A stretch of 64,000 bases of DNA, taken from positions 1 to 64,000 of the forward strand of contig JAMDHS010000087.1 of NCBI GenBank assembly GCA_029717555.1, given 5' to 3'. The notes under the pieces are model-generated. The model was given only the letters and a program-made list of their open reading frames with translations, made no database searches and had not been told where the DNA came from. Made by a program: the position numbers and the translations under genes. Within the stretch, counting starts at the first letter, position 1. Each line of letters begins with the position of its first letter. Below are positions 38,901-55,085 of this stretch, piece after piece. Origin of the DNA: Peribolospora baueri (taxonomy: Eukaryota).

Positions 38901-41900
38901 TGCCAGACTAGCCGTGAAGCTGCGGAGGAACTTGAGGCTCTCCATGTGGGCACCGCTCTCCCACATAAACTTGAGATGGGCATAGATCACCTGTGGTGGA
39001 GCTTTGGGCCCCACAGAAGGTTGCTGACGAAGGGCAAAGCAATCAACTCGGTATTGCTATGCAAACACGAAAGAGTCTTTTATCCAGGATACGCTTACCC
39101 GGGCGTCTAAGCTCATTGACTCTGGGCCAAGCAAGGAGTTGAGCGTCTTTTCTGCGAGCACCATTCTACCGGACTTGCGGCATAGATTGGCGAATTTGAT
39201 CCACGTCTCGGTGTCTTCGGCCGGCGTAAGAATTATGCTCCTGACAGAGAGAATGCGTTGCCACACCTCCACCTCCGGCTGACAGCCTTTGAGCCTGTTG
39301 ATTGATGAGATTGGATTATCAGTGACGAAGGACGCATGGATGAGTGCCGTCTCTACCCACCGCTTCATCCATGTCGCTCTCATGGTACTCTGACGATCTG
39401 GCTGATCGCGATAGTCAAGCTTGTAAGACAGAATCTCCTCGAGTTCTGACAGCATCTGCGTGCGGACCATTAAGCTGGAAAGGGATAGTGGTGTATAGGT
39501 CAGAGGGACACTACTACTCCTCACTCGAAATTTACGCATAGGAACGGGTGATTGACACTCACTCGTAGGCACGACTATAGCTCTCGCCGATAAGAGTTGT
39601 CAACTCCTGGTCGAGTGCGTCACGTGCACGAGCGATATGCTTCAACGCTTGATGTTTATGGCCGCGGTTGACGTAGAGAACGGCGCGGAAGAATGATCGC
39701 TCCGACGAATCCGACTTCATTGACGAGATGTATTCTTCCATGGCGTCCCAGTGGTTCAATGACCAAGCTGCCGCGGCGGCGAGAGGTGCCATGGTGCGCT
39801 TCTCGTCCGTGTTGGCGCTCATCCACTTGTGTTGCACAAGGTCCTGAAGTTGCTGCCACTCGCCGAGGGCGTGCAAGCAGCGCATCCTCCCGAACGCGAT
39901 GTCGTACGAATCGGGATCCGCCTCGGCTCTCCTATCGTACGCCTCTAGAGCTTCTTCCCAGCGGTGCAGCTTCTCATACCACTCCTCATGATGAGTGACA
40001 TTAAACTGCTCGCGTGCCTGCGTCAGAGCACCGAACGCAGCATCCGACTGCTGCAGCTTGGTATTGACGTCGACGAGCGATTCGACGATCTGAGGCGAGG
40101 GGTCCCGCCAATACTCCGATTCTTTGTAGTGGAGCGCTTTGGCATACGAGTGATATTTGTAAGCTCTGTCGCCTAGAAGTCGGATGTTGATGCGCAGACC
40201 CTTGTCATCATGTTCCATAAACTCGGCGAGGTTTAAGAGCATGTGGATGACCTCGCTCGGAATTTCCGGAGCGTTGAAGGCAAGTTCGATGGAATTGACG
40301 AGGTCGTCCTGAAGGATCGCTGTAAATCAATATCTTCCTTGCTTCCTTTCTACGAAGCAAGACAGGCAGATCCCACTCACTTGATAGTTCCCATACAATT
40401 CTGTCCAGCACGATACGAAAGCCATATTGAAGAGCTCGTACGCGAGAGGCTGATAGACTTCTGCCAAGTTTCGGCAAGCGCGGAGCGCGTGAGATGGCGA
40501 TTCGCGCATAAACTCGAGCGCTACCCTTTTGAACCATTCGCGCCAGTCTTCCTTCGTAGAGACGTTGGAAACGTCCCAAGCTTTTTTCAGGTGTTGCTGG
40601 TTGACCGCCATCTTAGACGTCTCCGCTAAGGGGGCATCTTCGGCCTTGTCGTCGATGAAGAGTCGGTCGACCGGAACGATGTCCTTCGGCAGCCGCTCTC
40701 CGTTGAGGAGTTTCGTGACCAACGACTCGTAGGTCGGATGCTGAATGCGAAATCTCACGAGCACCTGTGACGGGAAATAGCGAATCGTTTAGTTCGCTTG
40801 TCCGCCCTGTTCTCTGTTCAACGCGCTCGCGGGTGCTGCTCAACTCACCTTGTTCACAACCGGAATGAAAATGGCATAGGACGCTCCAAGCTGGAAGACT
40901 AGGGCCGAGAGGGTGTCCATCGTCGCGTTCCTCAGCTCCGTGTTGCCAGAATGCAAGACACGGACGAGAGGGTGGATGACGCGTGAGGCATGGTCGCAGA
41001 AATTGACCTTCTTCGACATCTGCGCAATGGTCTGAATGGCCGTTTTACGCAGGGTGACGCTGACGTCAACGCGCTCAAAGGTCTTAATAATGGTGGGCAG
41101 GACAAGATGCATGTATTCTTCGATATTGCTCCCGAAGACGAAGAATGCGTGGAGGATGCGGAGCAGCGTCTGCTGTCGCTTCTCGGTGATTTCCCCGTCG
41201 AACGTTTGAAGCATGTGTGGCAGGATCTTGGGCAGATGTACCTTGAATTCACCTTCGAGCGCTTTGGCGATCGATTCGACCAGTCCTATGATGGTGAGTT
41301 GAATACTGGAGTTGGGGTTCCAGTGCTCCTGGACGAGCTCGAAGATGGGACCGACATAATTTCGGACGTGTTGCTTGATGATGGTGGTGAGAATCGAGAG
41401 CTGTTGGAAATATGACTGTTGCTGGAGCCCAACGGCGGAATTGTGAATGGTGTCGATGAACGCCGGAAGGATCTGTGGAAAGGTGCACGTTGTTAGTCGA
41501 TGCTCAACAGCGCGAGTAAAAGGTGGTAAATTTGAACTTACCTGAGGCAAGAAGGAGACACACTTCATACCCTGTGTTCTAAACATATACATGACCGCTT
41601 CGATGGCCGGATGATGGTGCATAGCCAATGACGGGTCCTTAAGAACGTTGACGAGGGCGTTCACCGCAACGTTCTGATAGTAGTCATCTGAGGAGGTTCC
41701 GATGCTCATGGCGAGCTCCCAGAGGTCTGTGGATGTGTTCTTGGCCGCCTCATTGGTACCTTCGTCCGTTCCGCTCTCGATCAGCTGGAAATAAGAGTAG
41801 AAACAAATACGAAGTCAGCTCAAATCCGCACCTTAAGGCAAGCAGACCTGTAAGAGGGCTGGGGATTCACCTTGTACCGATACGGATCCAGGGCACCCAA

Positions 41901-44900
41901 GATGCCAATGACCTTGATGGTCTCACGGCGTATATTCTGGTTCTGTTCCGTTTTCAGAATTCGGACCACGGTGCTCAAAAGGGACCTGAACTTCGTGTAC
42001 GGTTCAACGACTGCACCGGTATTGCTTGCGACGAGCCCAAGAGTCCGCAGCGCCGCGTCACGTTTGCCGGTCGTTGTGCCGACGGAGGCCTGCAGGGTAT
42101 CGATGGTGAGCCTGAGGAGCTCGTCGACGTGTGGCAAGACTTCTTCGCCTCCGACTCGAGCCAGCTCTCCAAGGCACTCCATGTAACACGCTGCAACGCC
42201 GGCATTCCCATCCGCAGCCTTGGGTAGGAGAACCTCAAGCATGGGGAGGACGTAGGATTTGACCAGCCGCTGGGAAGCGCGTACAACCTCAGTCAACAGT
42301 CGGGCAGCCTCCTCCTTGTTGCGACTGACGGAAGAGTACTCGAGCTCAGTCAAAAGCTGTATGAGAGCTTTGCGCAAGCTAGGCATAACGTAGGCCGGGT
42401 TATGCTTGGCGAGCCGTCCGATGATGGTGATAACGATCTCCCGGACGACGAAGTCCTCGTCGTTGAGCGCGATGAAGAGAGAGCGAACGTACTCCGCTTG
42501 TGCCAAATGACGGTCGAAGCGCTCGTCTAGAGAGCGCAAGACAGTCTGGCGAATCTGAGGGTCAGGGTCCGCAATGCCGACAGTCATGAGCTTGTCGAGG
42601 ACCTCATTGACAACTTCGATGGCGTGCATGCTGGTCTGATAGCAAATGGGGTCCTGCACGAACAAGCGGGCGCAAGTGACTGCCGCGGCTTTGCGGACCT
42701 CCGCGTGATCGTCCTCGAGGTACGGAAGCGTGCAATCCCGAACAAACTCGTTCAGAATATGACCTGTTGTGATCGAGACGCATATATAACGTGAGTTGGC
42801 AGGCAGATATCATCGAGGCAAGGGAAGCGCAACTCACCGCTGAAGTCAAATTCGCCCAACGTATGAAGCGCTACAATGATAGTGTCCACCCCCTTTGCGT
42901 CTGATCCCTGTCCTGCGACTTCTCTGGAAACGGTGGATGTCTTGGGACGGACCAGGGGTGGGGCACCCAATGGCCGATAGTGCTCGTCGGTGAGGGTCAA
43001 GGAGAGCATGTCAAGAAGACGATCTGAGGTAGGGAGCGCGCAATATGACGTGGTGATGAGACTTCGACCCTCAAGCTGGAAGAGAGGTGAACAGCTCACC
43101 TTGAATAACTCGAAGGAGAGGAGGAATGGATCGGACGAGCCTATCCAACGCGGCGGTAAGAGAAGGACTCAAGCCGCAAGCGAACATCAAGTCGAGAAGC
43201 TCGTGCATGTACTTTGTCAAGTGTGGGCCGACCGCCGTTGCCAGGAGGCCGATGCAAAAGAAAATGGGCGCTTCGGGAGGGGCGTTCTTCTTCCTGTAGC
43301 CGTGCCAAACGGTGGTGGCATCGTGTCTCACGTTAATGCATACGCTCAAGGGGAGCTAATAAGAAAATCACGAAAGACGATGGACACCTACCCTCGCATC
43401 TGTAGCCCTTCCTTAACGCAAGCGAGGATTTGCTCAATGTAAGGCTTCATCTTGCTACCCATCGCGGCTGCCACCCATCCGATGGCTTCAAAGGCTATGT
43501 AATGTGAAAGATAGTCGAGTCAGTGAGCATCCGCGAAAATAGAGAGAAGCCGAGAGGATGATGCCAACAGAAGAGACGCACGAGTGCTTTTATCCCGATC
43601 TTTCTTCAGCTGCTCTGTCAAGATCGTCATGACCGGGCCAAGATGCTTCTCAGCAAAGTATTGAGGGTCGTAGTTGGCCAGTGTGGGGACAAGGTTCGTG
43701 ATCGTTTTCTTGATGAGAGGGTCGCGGGATTTGTGAAGCTTGAAAACGATTTCGCAGGCTCGTGGGAAGCGTGATCGCATGAACTGGATGGGAAGTGGAA
43801 AGAAAGCCGAGATGGCGTGAAAGTGACAGTGAGAAAACCAATTAGCAAGCATGCCCTGCGCGGCTCTTCCGACCTACCGTCTTTGAATGCTGCAGCAGTT
43901 CCTGAACGGCCATCAAGCTGCCATGAATAGCTTCGACGTTGTGAAGCTTCAGTCCCCGTTCAGCCTCTTCGTAGATGGCCTCATACATGTGACTGCCCAT
44001 CTGGCGTTCTCGCTGAGAGACGATTTGCAGGCACGCTGCCAGCGCTTCCGCTGCACCTTCTCGAACGAGGACCTATTCCGTCGAGGCAAGACAACACAAT
44101 CAACAACGCTGTCAGTAAGAAAAGATTCTAGGAACGAGACTCGTGTGCGAGTCATTGACAGTTAGCAGCACACACCCTGGTATCTCGCAAAGCGACCCAT
44201 ATCCTATCCAGCACACCAGGGACGTAAGGATGAAACAGGAGCGGCGAGTTGCGAGCGAGTTCTCGCACGATCAGCACAGCGGCGTATCGACCGCTCTCGT
44301 TGCGCTCTCCGGCTTGCAGAAGGTCGAGGGCGCGGAGGACCTCGTATTCAAAGAATTGGTCGCCAAGGAGGTGGCCGCCGAACTTTGATATCCGACCTGG
44401 TATAATTCGACGGTTCAATAGATGAGTACACGCTGAGCTACCATTACGTGAAGCCACTAGGGATGGTGGGCTGGACGTTCTGCATGAATTGTGACTCACC
44501 CAGCGCCTTCGAGGCGGCAATCATCACTTGCGCGTCGCTGCACGGCAAATTCTCCTTGAGGTATTGATAAAAGCGATAGAGTCGGATGTTGTTGTCTTCG
44601 GTCTCATGTTCAATCAGATTCTCTGCAAAAGCGCCAGGGAGCAGAGGTTTAGAGAAAGTCATCGAGCCCGAGTTGAAAGGCGCAGAAGAGATCGCAACTG
44701 CGCTCACCAATGGCTGCAATTCCACCCAGCTTCTCGTGGCTGTTGGAACTGTGCACGAGCTCAAAGATCCGCCGGGAAACTTCATTGTTGTATGAGGCCA
44801 GCCTATCGCCTGGGAGTTCTCTGAGCGCAAAGACGACCTGGATTGAACAGATGAGAGGTAGGAGAGGCGTGAGATTGTATCCAGAAAGCTCACGCGAGCA

Positions 44901-45128
44901 CAGCAATCTGCTCACATGCTGTTCGAGCTCCCGGCTGGCATTGAGCCTCTCTTGCTCATTTCTGCAATCCCAAAAAGTAGTAAGTCAGAAGATCTCCTAC
45001 AGATACATCCATCCGTCCATTGCGTTACCGATATGACCACTTTAAGCCGGCTCTCTCGCTCACCTGCTCCTCAGTGCAGCAAAGATCCTGTTGAGGACCT
45101 CAGTCTGAGGCGCCGCAATGGCGGCCAT
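35937..45128 (-). CDS. TOR: TOR (target of rapamycin) PIKK kinase, about 26 exons
   Basis: Starts [26 protein letters not shown] region ([33 protein letters not shown], GALDPY), FAT domain, FRB ([16 protein letters not shown]), kinase ([38 protein letters not shown]) and FATC ending [18 protein letters not shown] at 35939-35937. About 25 canonical GT-AG introns traced. Confidence 0.98.
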
Positions 45129-45428
45129 GACTGGCAAACAAAATCGCTCAGCCCGCTCGAACCTGAGCGGCGAGCGACCAAGAGTGACACAGAGGTGGAA
45201 GGGAAGGAGGGATGAGGAGAGGGATCGAGCAGACGAGAGGGCGTATCAAGGATGGACTCCGTTCACCGCTTTACGCCCGTACCTCGCGACCGGCGACCAA
45301 ACCCACCTCCGCGCTCGACCGCAGTAAGCGATCGACAACTGCGGCAAGCGGTCCAGCCAAGCTTGACCTGACCTCACCTCCGACACTTCACCATCCGTCC
45401 AGCACTCGCACTGCAGCCCCGTCTAAAG
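45129..45428. promoter_or_regulatory. Probable bidirectional promoter between TOR and TAF9
   Basis: The start codons are head-to-head, only 300 bp apart. Promoter function is inferred from geometry. Confidence 0.6.
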
Positions 45429-46469
45429 ATGCCAGCACCGACGTCCATCGGCCAGCATCAGCATGCCGGTACGGGGTCCTCGGCCGACGGTGCACTACCT
45501 TTGCCAGTGCCGAGGGACGCTCGGATCGTCGCGCTCATCCTCGCTTCCATGGGCGTGGACGACTGCGATCCAGGCGTCGTGCAGCAGCTGCTCGAATTTG
45601 CTCATCGTGAGCGGCAGCGTTCTCTCTCGGTGCTAGAATTGAAGCACTTCATCCTGGTCAAGCTGTTCTGTAGTTTCCGCCCGCTGATGTTTTCCTTATA
45701 CAACCCTCATCTCTCGAAATCAGGATATACCCATGACGTACTCTCGGACGCCCTCGTCTACGCCGACCACGCGTCCTCCAAGCCTGGTTCGACGAACGTC
45801 TCATTGGACGACGTACAGCTGGCCATACAGAGCAGGGTGAACAACTCGTTCACTCAGCCACCGCCTAAGGATGTGAGTTTCGATATTCTTTGTGTTCACT
45901 GTTCAATGGATAGCTGGATGGAAGGATAGATGCGAGGATGACTTGGAGGAATTTACCGTGGTTGGCATGTGTAACGCGCTACTGAGGTCAACGTTTGACC
46001 TTCGCTTGCTCTCTCTCTTCCCTCGCTCGCCCTCCGACGCACACCCCGCTTCGCTTCCCAGTTCCTCCTTGGTCTGGCCTCAAAGATCAACGTGCACCCT
46101 CTCCCTCCCATCCCAGACAAGTACGGCGTCCGACTGCCTCCACCGGAGCACTGCCTCACAAACATCAATTTTGCCATTGTTCCCAATCCTCCTCCGTCTG
46201 GCAAGGGTCTTTTTGACGACGAGGAGGATGCGGATGCAGATGGGGAGGAGGTGGAGGTGGAGCCTGGGGATGACGGGGACGAAGGAAATGCTGCGAAGGC
46301 GAATGGGAACGGGGCGGCGGTAGGAGAAGAGGAGGAAGATTTGGAGGATGAAAGCATGCTCGATGCGGACGATGAGGACGGGACGGGACGGACGGGAGGC
46401 GCGAATGGTGACCACGACAGGGTAGCAGGCGAGAAGCGGAAACTGGAAGAGGACGATGACTACGACTGA
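45429..46469 (+). CDS. TAF9: TFIID/SAGA subunit TAF9
   Basis: Exons 45429-45606, 45724-45872 and 46062-46469: PRDARIVALILASMGV...VVQQLLEFAHR|YTHDVLSDALVYADHA...LDDVQLAIQSR...PPPKD|FLLGLASKINVHPLP...GVRLPPPEHCLT, plus an acidic tail. Confidence 0.95.
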
Positions 46470-47125
46470 CGAGCGTCCTGGTCCTCGAGGCGGCATCTAG
46501 CGACTTTCACGTTAGACGACTCTTGTCTTTTCCGCTTCTTATAGAAGCCCTCTTCCATTCTCGCAGAAAGGCGCTTACCGTGCCTTGTATATTCTTTTCT
46601 TTTCTTTCCTTTTTTCTTCTTCCACTCCTGTACTTGTACGTATGCCCGTGGAACACCCAATGCTCGTCTTAACAGACGAACTGCGATGAGGAACGAGCTT
46701 TGGGAATCGTCGTCTAGAGTGCATAGAGAGGATATTGGCCGACAAGCCGAAGGCGAGCGCGACGGACTCTGGAGCATCGGCATTAGGGTGTTACGCAAGT
46801 CAGGGACGGTGGGGAGCGAGAGAAGCATTTCCGAAAGCACTGTATGGGAGTACCACCATCGCCGAGTCCTGGCACGCTCAAACGTCGGAGTCGAGTGGCC
46901 TGGATTCAGTTGGACCACTAGAGGAGGGAGACTTGTTGACTCGCTCGTGGACGCAGCGCTCGCTCCGCCCTGTGTCCTGCTCCAAGGGAACCGACTCAGA
47001 CGAGCCGACTCCTTCCTTCCTCTTTCCAAAGAGGTTGGCCCAGGCTCTCCCTGAGGGGCGCAATACGAATGAAAGAAGGGCGACCTGGGGACGAGACGCT
47101 GGCGCGATAAGCTGGTGATGCGCCA

Positions 47126-47479
47126 TCACTCCTCGTCCCGATCATCCTCCTCTGCGCTATCCGCATCCTCGTCCTCCTCCAGAACCACCTCGTCCACCTT
47201 GCTACCCCACTCCTCCTCCTTCCCAACTGCATCCTTCCACGCCGTCAGAATTTCGTTCATGCGTGCTCGTCCGGCGTCCATAGAAGAGGCGAGGGCGAGG
47301 AGATGAGATTTCCGGCGCTGCTGGGAAGCGTCCGAGGGAAGGCCTGCGGCGATCGGAGTGTCCGTTGTCGTCTCGAGCGGGACGACGACTGCGTCGGCGG
47401 TAGAGTAGGAGGCTGTGGAGGACTGTGCCGGCGGGTGCAGTCGGTAGTCTATCTCGACCGAGGCCGTCGTGTTGGTCAT
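47126..47479 (-). CDS. GON7: EKC/KEOPS complex subunit Gon7-like protein
   Basis: Intronless 117 aa with IDYRLHPP near the N-terminus, the helix HLLALASSMDAGRARMNEILTAWKDAVGKEE and an acidic tail. This is the pattern of fungal Gon7 proteins as I recall them. Confidence 0.65.
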   Translation of the reverse strand: MTNTTASVEIDYRLHPPAQSSTASYSTADAVVVPLETTTDTPIAAGLPSDASQQRRKSHLLALASSMDAGRARMNEILTAWKDAVGKEEEWGSKVDEVVLEEDEDADSAEEDDRDEE

Positions 47480-47592
47480 GTTTGGTATTTGGTGCGTGGA
47501 TGGAAAGGCGGATGGATGGAAGGCGGGGAAAAAGAAGTGATCGCTGCGGTCGCGCTCGGCTTGTCCTTCCCCTCCATCCTTGACGACCTTTG

Positions 47593-49308
47593 ATGACCAT
47601 ATGTCCGCCTCCCCCTGGACCGAAGCCCAAGTCAGTGTCTTTTGACTTGAAAACAGCGCGCTCGCCCGACAGCAAGAAGGACAAGGTCAAACGGGCCGAG
47701 CGAAGGCCGGAAAAGATACACCCGCGCCCCGACTCCCACCGCGCCATCTCTCGATTATCTTCTTCCACCAATCTCCTCCCACCCGTTCCCGAGATGAATG
47801 TTGAGGACAGCGTCGAGCGCTGGTTCGACCTCAGCCCCGAGGCGTTTCCTTACACTGAAGAAGAGCAGGAGGCCATCCATAAGCGAAGAGAGACACTGGG
47901 CGGGCTGTTTTTCGACGAGCTGGTCGGCGTCGTCGGCATCGATGGTCAGTCAGTCCGTCGCTTGGGATCACGTCGTTTGGAAATGTCAACTCACCACAGG
48001 CCCTTAGGGACCGTGTCCGTCCGGAAGCGTCGACTCACACAGGTTGTGTTTATATTTTTTGCGGGGGGGACACCAGGACCGTCAGTCTATCCGCCGCGCG
48101 ATGTCGCGTCCTTCCACGAGCTCCTCCGTGTCATCGCCGGTTGTGCATTCGACCGTATGAAGAAAGATTGCGTGCGTCTCAGATATTCGGAGCGTATCTA
48201 GGTGGTAGGGCGTCCTCACGACTATCCTCCTTCCGTTGCCTTTCGCAATATTTCTGGTCATCAGGTGGTATACTATATCCTCAAGGACTGGAGATCCGAT
48301 CGCGAGGAGGCGTTCGTGCGGCAGAGCTTGCTTCAACCTCATTTCGCTCGCGCCATGGCTGGTTATTGGCATCTAGACCAAACAGAGTTTGAGGTGAGTC
48401 GGTGAGGCTCATGAACTAACTCATTGCCTGAATACATGTCCATTTGACCTCATGTTCTTAACTGCGATTTATTTCATACTTCTCCTATGATCCCCCTTCT
48501 GCAGGCTGCCGTCCGCAACCTTCGAAATCCGGACTTCGTCCCAAAGATCATGGATGTCCTTTCCTCTTCCGAGATTGTTGGCTCAGAAAAACGGTCGGCC
48601 CAGCTCGTTCTCGACTTTATCCACCTCGCCCGGCCTACGCTCACCTCCTTCGACGATATAATGCGAGAATGCATTGCGCTTTGCTGGTGTAGCAGCTTGT
48701 CACAAGCGTGGTTGTTTGCGCGAAGATTTGAAGAGGAGCTGCAGGAGGCGGAGATAAAAAGGGCATTGCTGGAAGCTATCCTCACCTTCTCCTTTTCTCG
48801 TGAGCCAACCTTCCCTGCGTCACGACGAGCAACGAATGGTTGCTGACTCGTGATCTTCATTATCCCGTATAATTTATCATTATCAGCGAAACCCAAGCCT
48901 GCAGCCGTTGAGTCTCTGCTTGGCTTACTCTTTACGCCATTTGAAGAAGAAGTAGTGGCCGCCTTCTGCCGCTCCCCGCCATCCCACCTCTCCGAGCTCT
49001 CCCAAGCCGTCGCACAGGACTTTTACATCGTCCGTTTGATCGACCAAGGCCGCTACCTCGACGCGCTGCGGTTTGATCGGCGCATCGCGACTGTCAACGG
49101 CGCTGCCGGAGCCCTCCGGGGAGGCAAAAAGGAATTGGCAGTGTCCCTGAGCATGCAACGCCGGCACATGCTGGAGTGTGCGATGGCTGCCCTGCCAGAA
49201 GTGCAGAGAAGGTTGTTGGATACTGGCGCTGCGGGCGCAGAGGATCAAGCGGGCACGCCCGCACGAGGTCGGCCCAATGGTGTGGTTATCGATGCAAAAG
49301 TCATGTAA
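47593..49308 (+). CDS. ELYS-like nucleoporin (nuclear pore assembly domain)
   Basis: Exons ~47593-47944, 48077-48171, 48266-48393, 48505-48799 and 48887-49308: LFFDELVGVVGID|GPSVYPPRD...DRMKKDC|VVYYILKDW...AGYWHLD...|...DFVPKIMDVL...LLGLLFTPFEEE...VRLIDQGRYLDAL. The start may instead be ATG 47794. Confidence 0.8.
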
Positions 49309-49842
49309 TTTAAGGTCATCGCAGTTTTCGTTCACGCCCTCTATCGGCTTCCCGTACACACGAGGGTCAAGCAGAGATGTTCATCGAGCTGAAGAAAGCG
49401 AGCGCTTTGCTCCGATCTCTCCTCTTCTTCCTCAAAGAAAAGGCCCAGAGGAACGCCAAGCAACTCGATACAATGCGATATAGGATATACTCGTCTAGCC
49501 AAGCAATGGGATTGCCGCGTTAGAAGCTCTACTTACATCGTGGCTCCTAGAAGAAGCCCGTTGCCGCCTCTCCCTGTCGTAGCCGGGAAACATGCGCACG
49601 AGCGCGCACGTGACGATCGTGTTCAGACGCGACCTAAGAAATGTTGAAGCAGAGTCCAACGAGTGGCCTCAGTTCTGTGGTCGCAGTCAGACGACGTCTT
49701 GTCTCTCCTTCACCTCTTCACCCTGCAGAAATCACTCATCAAGCATTTTTTTCATCCCTCCTCGACTGCTCTCTCTCACCTCTCGGCCTCGACATTTACT
49801 GACCCCCCACCCTCCCTCGCCAGCTTCTCCCGACCAAATGCG

Positions 49843-53274
<3,432 letters not shown>

Positions 53275-53761
53275 GCCGCTGCGTCGGCCTCACCGAGTGT
53301 GGTCGGAAATGCGAGCGGGCGTAGAGGCAGCGAGGTTAAATCAACTCATCAGTCTCCGGCATGGCACTCATAGAACCGTACTTTTGACAAACCATACGGA
53401 CGATTCCCCTATTTTCATTTCATCGCTTCACACACCTCTTCACACTTCTCGGACCATTTTTTTTTCCTGTCACTTGCTTTTTGACCACCGGACCTCCCTC
53501 ATACATCGCCCATCGCCGCCTGCTCGCCACACATCTCCACATCACACCTCATGTACATGGCTCTCGAGCATCCATTCCATTCCCTTGCGTTCTGGTCGCG
53601 GCACTGTATTGTATTATATATTGCATGCACACAAGCATCGCTTTGCTGTCCGTCAGTGCGCTCAAAGGAGGAACGGACGTGGACGTTTCCAAGGTGGCCA
53701 GATGAGAGTTTGGACGGCGTATCGTCGCACTTGCATGACGGACCGTCACCGTCGTTTGGTG

Positions 53762-54701
53762 TCACTGCGAAGACACTCCTATCCTTCTCTTCTCATCCTC
53801 CACCGGCGCGTCCACCCACACGGCCAACATCTTCTGCGGCTTGTCCTCGTCCTCCGGGCCTCTCTGTTTCTCCTCGATCGCAGCGACGCTAGGGCTGTTG
53901 ACGAACCTGGCCAACCGCTCCATGATGTCAAGGTCTACATCGTACGCTTTCGCAATCTCTTCCAACTCTGCACGCGTCTTGGCCGACTTGCGCTCGTCGA
54001 GCATCGCTGACAGAGAGGGTGCCGTCAGACGGTTGTGCAGACTGCCGGAGGCGGGCGCGACGTAGTCTTCCGATTCTGGGTCCTCTATCGAGGCCGTTTG
54101 TCGCCGCGATGCGAGAATGCGAAGCATTTGGTCGTTCTGCGGATGGTCGACGTCAGATGAAGGAATGTCGTTCGGCTCAGTGAGGGCTCACAGACATGCG
54201 TCGAAGCACGTCTCCGTGCCTCGACGTCTCCGACAAGCTCGGGAGCCAGGAAAGAGAGAACGCGACCACGCACGGGCTGGAAGTTAGTGGCATGCCGGGG
54301 CACGTTCACCTGACCGATCTGGCTCAGGTTACGGAGGAAGTGAGGATCTGCTGCGTCGTCCATGATGGCTGAAGAAAACGACAGTGGCGCAGTTTGTCAT
54401 TCACGGCGGCCTCCCATCCTTCAGAGAGGCATACAGGTTCAGAAAGACAGCCATATAGCAGCCGCTTACACTGATCCTTCGTGTCCCTCGCCGACTCTCT
54501 CACACTCTGGTCTCTCGGCACGCTCCTCCCGATCCCGCTCATCGCCTTGTCCGTCTCCGCCTCGGCCCGCCTGGCCTGAGCCTGCGCCTGCGCCTGAGAT
54601 TGAGAGGTACCTGTCCCCGCACTTGGACCTGCTTGCAAGCGCGAGCCTTGGGAGACGCTCTTGGGGAGCCTGCGTGCTGATTTGGATGCCGAGTTGCCCA
54701 T
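53762..54701 (-). CDS. Conserved-looking fungal hypothetical protein with a probable N-myristoylation start (MGNSASK)
   Basis: Exons 54701-54470, 54368-54274 and 54136-53762 splice in frame: MGNSASKSARRLPK...DAADPHFLRNLSQIGQV...LSAMLDERK...IAKAYDVDLDIMERLARFVNSPSV. Confidence 0.8.
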
Positions 54702-55085
54702 GGTTAGGTAGTGGCCGGACGAAGAGCGCCCCCGCCCAGGCAGCTTACAGCAGCGGATCGAGAGTTGACTGCGGCATCCGATCGGAGAGGAACCCGTCGG
54801 ATGTAGGATTGTATGATCCAGTCGGGTCGAGATTAGGTCCTAGCCCTCATCTCCCATCTCACATGTATTTGTCCGTGCGTAATGGATACGGTCGGATGGG
54901 TTCCATCCCGCCTCCAGATACATACCAGTGGACCGAGCACTATGTCCCCACCCGGAAAGGGAAACCTGATCTCCAAAACCACAAGTAGCTTACACCGACA
55001 ATTAAAAAGGCAAACGCCCCCGGAGGATGGACGGACGCAGACAAGGTTATCATCCCGTGCTCGTCAGAGGACATGTAGACTCGAA

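Noticed and set aside
54773..54805. Small hairpin GCATCCGA..TCGGATGT; similar short inverted repeats at 35915-35930 and 60643-60676
   Set aside because: Stems of 6-11 bp are expected by chance at this GC content. No ncRNA family features.
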